Below are positions 25,722-35,152 of a stretch of DNA of 64,000 nucleotides, one piece after another (positions within the stretch are counted from its first letter, which is position 1; each line of letters begins with the position of its first letter). Under the pieces are notes generated by a model that was not told the DNA's origin, did not search any database, and saw nothing but the letters and a program-made list of their open reading frames with translations. The DNA is taken from positions 107,435,128 through 107,499,127 of the forward strand of contig NC_068983.1 in the NCBI RefSeq assembly GCF_001194135.2, in the 5' to 3' direction. Both the position numbers and the translations under genes were made by a program. Origin of the DNA: Octopus bimaculoides (taxonomy: Eukaryota).

Positions 25722-26990
25722 CTAGCAATGCATCCCAGTTGTTGCCTGGGTGTTATGACCTACAGCCACATTGCATTACTTGTTCCTTTCTTAAGGGCAG
25801 AATTGGCACAGCTGATATATTGTGAACTGGATTACTGGCATAATGGAAGTTATTGTTTGTTTAAAAGTGAAGGTGAAGAGGACACAATTTGCATGGGTTT
25901 GCATAAAAATGCTTTCTATTCTTAAGAATGATCGCAAACAATGTATTTTTTTATTGTATAAAAAGGGGTTAATACGATTTTGCCCAGAAATCACGTTTTC
26001 AAAATTTTAATTTCCCCCCGTCTTCACCACAATTTCTTAATTTGTAACTTTTTTTGAATTTCTTCTCTTTATCCACATAGAAAAATACAGAGATTACAAA
26101 TCTTGGAAATATATATCTTTTTTTTAAAGTTTAATTTATCTTAAAGAAACACAATGTCCCTTCTCCCACCTGGCACTAACCCATCACCTACCTGCTTTCA
26201 AAAAGCTAAAACCTCCTAATGTTTCACTTTCGTCTGATGTTTCATGCATGCATAGAATCGTACTGGAATAGCAGATGTAAAAAATACCAGACCACCACCA
26301 GAAAATTTGACATGTTAGAAACAACAGGTAAATGACATTATTCTTGAAAAAACTTCCCTGCTTTTCAAAAAGCTAAAAGCGAAACATTGGGAGTTTGTAG
26401 CTTTTTAAAAGTGGTGAGGTGATGGGTGGATGTTTGGGAAGGAGATTTTGTGTTTCTTTAAGAAAAAAAGAAGAAAGTTCTTAAACATTCATACTCTTTT
26501 TTTTTCTGTGGGATACCAAGAAGAAAATTTGCAAAAAAGTAAAAAAAATGAAGAAACTGGGGTATGGAGGGGGAAAAATAAAATATTGAGTACGTGTCTT
26601 TTAGGTGAAATCCTAATCTCCTGTATTGAAAACATAGGAATCGGAAGAAATATAGGGAAAAAATAGAGGGCTGAGGTGGGGCGCATATGTCACTTTGGAC
26701 ATGCTAAAAACAACAGGTAAAGGACAGGATTTCTGGGAAAATTTCCTTTTAAATTTATATCGAAGATCAGGTCTTAAATATGCTCATCACAAACATGGAT
26801 TACAGAATAGTAAAAGGTTATTTCAATTGGATTTGAGCTGTAATATTGTGCATGCACATGGCAAGAAATAGCATAATTTGTACAGAAGTTTTACCTAGAG
26901 TGTGTGTGTATGTGTGTGTGTCTGTGTGCGTGTGTGCCAAAGGATGTTATTTTATGGCATTCTTTTCTTTGAAACAGCAAAGTTGTCAAC
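25722..26990 (-). mobile_element. Helitron-like element; 3' end clear, 5' end uncertain
   Basis: Terminal CTAG at 25722-25725 with hairpin CCCAG..CTGGG. Internal subrepeats CCTGCTTT(T)CAAAAAGCTAAAA and AACAACAGGTAAA each occur twice. Confidence 0.55.
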
Positions 26991-27566
26991 TCGATCATAT
27001 GGTTAATCATATGGGATCATATGATTGTTCGTTAATTTCTGTAAAATTATTTTTATTTCTTTACGCTATGAAGAGAGCTGAAATTGAAAGGGAGGAGAAA
27101 GTGGAAAGGTGACATTTGCTTTGAGGTGAGAGTAGAAAGTGAAAGATGTATGTACGTATAAATGAAGTGTTTGTGTGTGTGTGCATGTGCATGAGAGAGA
27201 GAGAGGGAGAGAGAGAGAAAGAGAGAGAGTGCGAGAGAAAAAGAGAGTGAGTGAGTGAAGGTGTGTGTTGTCAAGTTTTGTATATCTGTGTATGCATGTA
27301 GAGATGTATATATGAGTGAAATAATGTGTGCTGGGTATATATGCAAGTGTATGTGCATTATGCATAGACACATATATATGTGTGTTTGTATGTATATGTA
27401 CACGCATGTGTGAGTATGTATATAGATATATATACATACATGTGTGTGTGCATACATGTATGTGTGTGTATATGTGTGCATATGCAGATTGTATGAATGA
27501 AGTTTTACTTTCACCATGCATATTGGAGTAATTTCCCTTTATTCAACGATTTTTTTTCATAGTGTT

Positions 27567-27640
27567 TTGTCTTAATAACTGAGAGATTCCGGAGCAGACT
27601 TCAGCCCCAGTATCCGAAACTCTGAGTTTTATTATGACAA
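27567..27640 (+). ncRNA. Decayed type I hammerhead ribozyme-like motif
   Basis: TTGTCTTAATAA-CTGAGA-GATTCCGGAGC agacttca GCCCCAGTATC-CGAAAC-TCTGA-GTT-TTATTATGACAA. Stem I is 12 bp with one U-U mismatch, stem II pairs at 8/11 positions, and GAAAC..GUU is present. The CUGANGA core is damaged by a probable small deletion. Confidence 0.55.
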
Positions 27641-27669
27641 CCAACTAATTGTCACATATTATATTTATT

Positions 27670-27719
<50 letters not shown>

Positions 27720-28244
27720 TATAATAATATTGATTACATTCAGCTTCTGAGAGATTAATTTCAATGACAAGCAACTTAATATGGTAATAATACAGGCTTG
27801 ATTGAAAATATAGACACATTTTCAAGATGTTTGTTTAACACCGATATTTTCTGCTAAATACGTATAATTATCTGTATGTTACTTCACATCCGACCTCTGA
27901 TCTAGCCATTTATCTCAATCCTTCCTTCTCAGAATGACAATCCTCTGGATTTCTATCCCAGCCATGAGACTGAACCCGGAACCATGTGGTTGGTAAGCAA
28001 GCTACCTAGCATACACCCACTCCTATGCCCATACATTCTAAAAAAAACAACAAAAACAAAAAGGAACATTGGATGATGCTGCAGTCAGTAATATATTGTG
28101 ACTGAAAAAGTCATGGATTGTCATAGCTGGAATACTTTTGATAGTAAGGCTATTTGATTAGGACTGACAGAAGTGTTCTCAATAACTAGATTGATTATAA
28201 GCTTAATCAGAGAAAATGCTCAATGTTTGTTAAAATGGAATACT

Positions 28245-28857
28245 TAAAGCAGAGGAAAAACATATTTCACATGAAGCAACATCTAGTCAACATCATGGTG
28301 TTTGGAGTGATCACTGGTTATGGTGACGTTATGCCTCCATTCATCTTCCTACATGGCTTCACACTCAACACAGAAGCCTACATCAAGTGCCTGGAGGAGG
28401 TAGTGCTGCCTTGGGTCAAGAGGGTGGCTGCTAGAAGACTCCACGTCTGGTAACAGGAATGCACCATGCTACACAATCAGGAGAACCCAGTCATGGCTGT
28501 CAGACAATTCCTGTGACCACATCACCCTAACGTCTGGCCACCTAATTCCACAGACTGCAACCCCCTTGATTATTATGTGTGAGGCACAGTTGAGTGAGAG
28601 ACCAACAAAACTCCTTGTAACATTAAAAAGGAACTGAAGGCAAGAATTATGGCAGTATTCACCAATTTAAACAAAGTGACCATTCAGAAGAGTCGCAGGA
28701 AATTCAAAAGTCATCTGGAGGCTGTGGCAGAAGCCAATGGTGATTTTATTAAATAAATTTACTCTTTAGTATTTCAAGATATTTTTATTTAATTTTAGCA
28801 AATACATTTTTTAAAATGAGATGTCAGTGTTATTTTCATTTTTGACGACAGTTTATT
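28245..28857 (+). mobile_element. Tc1/mariner-family transposon, 3' half
   Basis: HLVNIMVFGVITGYGDVMPPFIF..YIKCLEEVVLPWVK..W*Q, then WPPNS.DCNPLDYYV*G, then FKSHLEAVAEANGDFIK; terminal segment TGTCAGTGTTATTTTCATTTTTGACGACAGTTTA. Confidence 0.9.
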
Positions 28858-29774
28858 CACCACACACTCTCTCTCTCTCTCTCTCTCTCNNNNNNNNNNN
28901 NNNNNNNNNNNNNNNNNNNNNNNNNNNNNNNNNNNNNNNNNNNNNNNNNNNNNNNNNNNNNNNNNNNNNNNNNNNNNNNNNNNNNNNNNNNNNNNNNNNN
29001 NNNNNNNNNNNNNNNNNNNNNNNNNNNNNNNNNNNNNNNNNNNNNNNNNNNNNNNNNNNNNNNNNNNNNNNNNNNNNNNNNNNNNNNNNNNNNNNNNNNN
29101 NNNNNNNNNNNNNNNNNNNNNNNNNNNNNNNNNNNNNNNNNNNNNNNNNNNNNNNNNNNNNNNNNNNNNNNNNNNNNNNNNNNNNNNNNNNNNNNNNNNN
29201 NNNNNNNNNNNNNNNNNNNNNNNNNNNNNNNNNNNNNNNNNNNNNNNNNNNNNNNNNNNNNNNNNNNNNNNNNNNNNNNNNNNNNNNNNNNNNNNNNNNN
29301 NNNNNNNNNNNNNNNNNNNNNNNNNNNNNNNNNNNNNNNNNNNNNNNNNNNNNNNNNNNNNNNNNNNNNNNNNNNNNNNNNNNNNNNNNNNNNNNNNNNN
29401 NNNNNNNNNNNNNNNNNNNNNNNNNNNNNNNNNNNNNNNNNNNNNNNNNNNNNNNNNNNNNNNNNNNNNNNNNNNNNNNNNNNNNNNNNNNNNNNNNNNN
29501 NNNNNNNNNNNNNNNNNNNNNNNNNNNNNNNNNNNNNNNNNNNNNNNNNNNNNNNNNNNNNNNNNNNNNNNNNNNNNNNNNNNNNNNNNNNNNNNNNNNN
29601 NNNNNNNNNNNNNNNNNNNNNNNNNNNNNNNNNNNNNNNNNNNNNNNNNNNNNNNNNNNNNNNNNNNNNNNNNNNNNNNNNNNNNNNNNNNNNNNNNNNN
29701 NNNNNNNNNNNNNNNNNNNNNNNNNNNNNNNNNNNNNNNNNNNNNNNNNNNNNNNNNNNNNNNNNNNNNNNNNN

Positions 29775-30626
29775 ACACCTGTTGTTATGTCCTGTTATTT
29801 GTATTTGTGTAACATTTTTCTGGGTTTTTTTTTTGTCCTTGTTTTCATATACATTCACTGCTTTCTTCCAAGGAATGTAATGCTCTTAGCTTATTTTTTC
29901 CTTGGGGCTGACCAGATTGGAGCAATCTCGAGTATAACCAGCTGAAATTGCAAAGATAATCTGGGACTCAACTGAGGATAGAAAATTCCGAATGATCCGT
30001 CCTTCTTTTCCTTCTATCGTCTGTTTGGATATTTTGTTGTCCCTTTTTCGTTTCACCTAACTGTCTGGATGTTTTGTGTTCTTGTCCCATTTTTATATTT
30101 TTTATATATAAAATATAGTGGCATACATACACTTTGGTCTCTTATATGTAAATTTTGTACGAATCTATTGTTCTTTGTTTTCTTTCATTCTTTCCTTCTT
30201 TCATTCCACTCTTCCTTCTTTCATTCCCCCTCTCTCACATTTCCTGGACTTCTCTTCATGCTCACTTTCCCTCTTCCACTTCACTGTGTCTCTTTCATTT
30301 TCCCCTCTCCCCGCCTTAATTCTTCTATCTCTCTGCCTCTACCTCTCTCTCTTCTCTCCCCACGTTACCGGTGAGGCCTGACCTTTCTTTCTTGATTAGA
30401 CTACTGTCCGTGCAACATCTATATTCATTCCTGTGCTTGTTAAATCTTATGTCCCTGCTGTAAGGCTTTACTTCCACACGCCAGCTTAATTTAATTCGTC
30501 CTTAGTCGAAGGACACCTGTTGTTATATCCTGTTAATTGTATTTGTGTAAGATTTCTCTGTTGTTTTTTTTCTGTCCTTGTTTCCGTATACATTCGCTGC
30601 TTTCTTCCAAGGAATGTAATGCTCAT
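29775..30626. repeat. Unclassified repeat with a directly repeated ~115-bp unit (29775-29885 and 30514-30626); possibly a Penelope-like terminal repeat
   Basis: ACACCTGTTGTTAT.TCCTGTTA.TTGTATTTGTGTAA..TTTCTTCCAAGGAATGTAATGCTC occurs at both ends and again at 35051-35152. Confidence 0.7.
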
Positions 30627-31622
30627 NNNNNNNNNNNNNNNNNNNNNNNNNNNNNNNNNNNNNNNNNNNNNNNNNNNNNNNNNNNNNNNNNNNNNNNNNN
30701 NNNNNNNNNNNNNNNNNNNNNNNNNNNNNNNNNNNNNNNNNNNNNNNNNNNNNNNNNNNNNNNNNNNNNNNNNNNNNNNNNNNNNNNNNNNNNNNNNNNN
30801 NNNNNNNNNNNNNNNNNNNNNNNNNNNNNNNNNNNNNNNNNNNNNNNNNNNNNNNNNNNNNNNNNNNNNNNNNNNNNNNNNNNNNNNNNNNNNNNNNNNN
30901 NNNNNNNNNNNNNNNNNNNNNNNNNNNNNNNNNNNNNNNNNNNNNNNNNNNNNNNNNNNNNNNNNNNNNNNNNNNNNNNNNNNNNNNNNNNNNNNNNNNN
31001 NNNNNNNNNNNNNNNNNNNNNNNNNNNNNNNNNNNNNNNNNNNNNNNNNNNNNNNNNNNNNNNNNNNNNNNNNNNNNNNNNNNNNNNNNNNNNNNNNNNN
31101 NNNNNNNNNNNNNNNNNNNNNNNNNNNNNNNNNNNNNNNNNNNNNNNNNNNNNNNNNNNNNNNNNNNNNNNNNNNNNNNNNNNNNNNNNNNNNNNNNNNN
31201 NNNNNNNNNNNNNNNNNNNNNNNNNNNNNNNNNNNNNNNNNNNNNNNNNNNNNNNNNNNNNNNNNNNNNNNNNNNNNNNNNNNNNNNNNNNNNNNNNNNN
31301 NNNNNNNNNNNNNNNNNNNNNNNNNNNNNNNNNNNNNNNNNNNNNNNNNNNNNNNNNNNNNNNNNNNNNNNNNNNNNNNNNNNNNNNNNNNNNNNNNNNN
31401 NNNNNNNNNNNNNNNNNNNNNNNNNNNNNNNNNNNNNNNNNNNNNNNNNNNNNNNNNNNNNNNNNNNNNNNNNNNNNNNNNNNNNNNNNNNNNNNNNNNN
31501 NNNNNNNNNNNNNNNNNNNNNNNNNNNNNNNNNNNNNNNNNNNNNNNNNNNNNNNNNNNNNNNNNNNNNNNNNNNNNNNNNNNNNNNNNNNNNNNNNNNN
31601 NNNNNNNNNNNNNNNNNNNNNN

Positions 31623-31649
<27 letters not shown>

Positions 31650-31659
<10 letters not shown>

Positions 31660-31860
31660 ATGTTTGTGTTTGCCCCCCACCCCACCATCGCTTGACAACC
31701 GATGCTGGTGTGTTTACGTTCCCGTAACTTAGCGGTTCGGCAAAAGTGACCGATAGAATAAGTACTAGGCTTACAAAGAATAAGTCCTGGGGTCGATTTT
31801 CTCGACTAAAGGTGGTGCTCAAGCATGGTCGCATTCAAATGACTGAAACAAGTTGAAGAG
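31650..31860 (+). mobile_element. SINE family A, 3' half
   Basis: CGCTTGACAACCGATGCTGGTGTGTTTACGT..GAATAAGTCCTGGGGTCGATT. Confidence 0.9.
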
Positions 31861-31865
31861 TATGT

Positions 31866-32110
31866 GGAGGCGCATGGCCTAGTGGTTAGGGTGTCAGCAC
31901 CATGATCGTAAGATTGTGGTTTTGATTCCTGGACCGGTCGATGCGTTGTGTTCTTGAGCAAAACACTTCATTTCACGTTGCTCCAGTCCACTCAGCTGGC
32001 GAAAATGAGTAACGCTGCGATGGACTGGCGTTCCATCCAGCTGGAGAACACATACGCCATTGAAACCGGGAAACCGGGCCCATGAGCCTGGGTAGGCTTT
32101 AAAAGGGCGC
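31866..32110 (+). mobile_element. tRNA-derived SINE family C (Meta-domain-like core)
   Basis: GGAGGCGCATGGCCTAGTGGTTAGGG..GATTCC head followed by GTTGTGTTCTTGAGCAAAACACTT..CTCCAGTCCACTCAGCTG. Confidence 0.8.
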
Positions 32111-33091
32111 AAAGAATATATATGTATATCTATCTATCTATCTATCTATCTATCTCTTTATCTCTCTCTCTATCTCTCTCTCTCTCTATATNNNNNNNNN
32201 NNNNNNNNNNNNNNNNNNNNNNNNNNNNNNNNNNNNNNNNNNNNNNNNNNNNNNNNNNNNNNNNNNNNNNNNNNNNNNNNNNNNNNNNNNNNNNNNNNNN
32301 NNNNNNNNNNNNNNNNNNNNNNNNNNNNNNNNNNNNNNNNNNNNNNNNNNNNNNNNNNNNNNNNNNNNNNNNNNNNNNNNNNNNNNNNNNNNNNNNNNNN
32401 NNNNNNNNNNNNNNNNNNNNNNNNNNNNNNNNNNNNNNNNNNNNNNNNNNNNNNNNNNNNNNNNNNNNNNNNNNNNNNNNNNNNNNNNNNNNNNNNNNNN
32501 NNNNNNNNNNNNNNNNNNNNNNNNNNNNNNNNNNNNNNNNNNNNNNNNNNNNNNNNNNNNNNNNNNNNNNNNNNNNNNNNNNNNNNNNNNNNNNNNNNNN
32601 NNNNNNNNNNNNNNNNNNNNNNNNNNNNNNNNNNNNNNNNNNNNNNNNNNNNNNNNNNNNNNNNNNNNNNNNNNNNNNNNNNNNNNNNNNNNNNNNNNNN
32701 NNNNNNNNNNNNNNNNNNNNNNNNNNNNNNNNNNNNNNNNNNNNNNNNNNNNNNNNNNNNNNNNNNNNNNNNNNNNNNNNNNNNNNNNNNNNNNNNNNNN
32801 NNNNNNNNNNNNNNNNNNNNNNNNNNNNNNNNNNNNNNNNNNNNNNNNNNNNNNNNNNNNNNNNNNNNNNNNNNNNNNNNNNNNNNNNNNNNNNNNNNNN
32901 NNNNNNNNNNNNNNNNNNNNNNNNNNNNNNNNNNNNNNNNNNNNNNNNNNNNNNNNNNNNNNNNNNNNNNNNNNNNNNNNNNNNNNNNNNNNNNNNNNNN
33001 NNNNNNNNNNNNNNNNNNNNNNNNNNNNNNNNNNNNNNNNNNNNNNNNNNNNNNNNNNNNNNNNNNNNNNNNNNNNNNNNNNNNNNNNNNN

Positions 33092-33173
33092 AGCCTAGCC
33101 AGGCTCATGGGCCCGGTTTCCCGGTTTCAATGGCGTATGTGTTCTCCAGCTGGATGAAACGCCAGTCCATCGC
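33092..33173 (-). mobile_element. SINE family C, 3' part, inverted relative to 31866-32110
   Basis: Near-perfect reverse complement of about 32017-32099. Confidence 0.85.
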
Positions 33174-34321
33174 ACACCTCTGATGTATATCAGAGGTGTG
33201 CACTCTCAGGCAAGCAAGGTATGCCCTGCATGGTCTGTGATTTTTTATCCATATCATCAAAAAATTACATAAAATAGTTACTTTTGTTTCAAAGAAACTC
33301 CGTCCAGGTGTTTTCTAATATATTCTGCCTCCCCTTCCCCCTCTCTCAGTGACTCGTTCGTCTGCTTTGAGAAGACCACATGACACCCCTTCCTCTCTCT
33401 CTCTCTCTTTGTCTGTGTACAATTGTTGCTAACCTCGTTCCACTTTCTGACCCGAATCAGAGCAATCCCATAATTCCTCAGTTAGCCATCTGAAATGTCG
33501 GAATAATCTGGCGGTAAGTTTGAATTTTTTTTTTCATCCACAGCATCTATTTGCACTATTATATTTTTGGAGTGTTCTGAAAAAAAAAATATTATCTATA
33601 TTATATTTCTTATTTCAGAAGTAGCTAAATAATCTTAAATTAATTTTACTAACGCTATTTTTTCCGTTTTGTTGAAATTGACTTCAAATTTACTCAGAGA
33701 ATTTACGTGTGTTCTTATATAAAAGTAGCCTTTTTCAAAACTTGATAATTTTTCAATCTTTTATGATATATTAGGGGAAAATATGGAGTCAATGCAGGAA
33801 TCGGAATTCAGAGATCCAAAAATATATCTATTGAGCCACAACGACATTATAGAATGCTTTATAACAAAATTATCAGTACAATAGTTGACCAAATAAAAGC
33901 ACGATATTCATCCATAGAACAGTTTAAATTCACGGAACTTTTGAATTTCAACAAAGTTGATGAGTATTGGCAAACAATTTCCTGTGGACTCTTTAGATTC
34001 CTTAAAAATGACTTAGGGCAGATTTTTTGATGTAATACGATTACAAAGTAAGCTCAATGTGATGTATTGAATGAAAGATTTTAAAATGCGAAGTGTAAGT
34101 CATTTAATGAGTTACATTTACAGCAGTGACCTTGTTGAAGCTATGCCAGAACCCTTCAATCTGTGCAAGATGATTTTGACAATTCCGTCAATTCCGCTTC
34201 TGTAGAGCGATCCTTTTTTGTATTAAGTAGAATCAAAACATACCAAAGAAATGCGACAGGGGAAAGAAGACTGTCTGGGTTAGCACTAATGTCAATTGAA
34301 AAAGATTTATTNNNNNNNNNN

Positions 34322-34612
34322 AATTTAATAAGAATGATTTTAAAAAATTATATAAAATATGACTGGTTTCAATGAATCTCATCAAATGTCAGTAAAAATT
34401 TATAAAAATTTGAAGTAAAAACAGTTTATCCTCTGTCTGGGGGTCAACATGTTCTTGACCCCCAGAGAGAAGATACACTGTTTTTACTTCAAATTGGCAT
34501 TCACGCCAGATGCTCCAATTCAAAAATTCTTACTGATATTTGATAAGATGAGTTTCATTGAAACTGGTAATATTTTTTTAATATAATTTTAAAAAATCAT
34601 TTTTATTAAATT
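34322..34612. repeat. Foldback/palindromic MITE-like element with ~130-bp arms
   Basis: The arms are reverse complements from AATTTAATAAGAATGATTTTAAAAAATTATA inward to CTGGGGGTCAA-catgttc-TTGACCCCCAG. The right arm has a ~25-nt insertion. Confidence 0.85.
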
Positions 34613-34668
34613 CTCTCTAAAATTGAAATGTCTTAGACTTATTTTTGTGCTATTTCCATAATCTTTTT

Positions 34669-34700
<32 letters not shown>

Positions 34701-34707
<7 letters not shown>

Positions 34708-34901
34708 GTCTGGAGATAGTCATTCTCTTTTAGTATCTTATTATCTAACACACTCACCGGTAAAGTTTCCACTCATTTACTTACTTATTTTTCCTAAAAT
34801 TTTTGTTGCGTCTTGCAACCTTTTCAATAGGTTGCAAGATGCAACAAAAATTTTAGAAACAATAAATAGCTAAATGAGTGGAAACTCCCCAGACACAACA
34901 A
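34701..34901. repeat. Inverted duplication (hairpin) of a repeat terminus
   Basis: GTTTCCACTCATTTA..CTAAAATTTTTGTTGCGTCTTGCAACCT tttcaat AGGTTGCAAGATGCAACAAAAATTTTAG..TAAATGAGTGGAAAC, plus outer TTGTTGTGTCTGG / CCAGACACAACAA. About 50 nt is missing from the right arm. Confidence 0.85.
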
Positions 34902-34949
34902 CACACGAACTCACATAAAGAATTATGCAAACCAAACCCCCAAATGAAG

Positions 34950-35152
34950 TACATATGCTGCTATATTTTATATATAAAAAATATAAAAATGGGACAGAGA
35001 GGTAGAGGCAGAGGGATAGAAGAATTAAGGAGGGGCAAGAGAGTCGAAGGACACCTGTTGTTATGTCCTGTTATTTGTATTTGTGTAACATTTTTCTGGG
35101 TTTTTTTTTTGTCCTTGTTTTCATATACATTCACTGCTTTCTTCCAAGGAAT
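34950..35152. repeat. Rearranged copy of the 29775-30626 repeat family
   Basis: Contains reverse complements of about 30085-30120 and 30312-30350 joined to a forward copy of 30505-30620. Confidence 0.7.

Noticed and set aside
29960-30005. CTGAGGA-tagaaaattc-CGAAT-gatcc-GTC hammerhead-like string
   Set aside because: GAAA is replaced by GAAU and no stem I pairing could be drawn; it needs a family consensus to evaluate.
31866-31945. tRNA-like sequences at SINE heads
   Set aside because: They continue into SINE cores and lack a complete cloverleaf, so they are not tRNA genes.
34770-34830. Possible U3-A8 variant hammerhead (UUGAAAA-GGUUGC..GCAAC) on the minus strand
   Set aside because: The required CGAAA reads AAAAA in both arms and stem I is not adjacent to the core.
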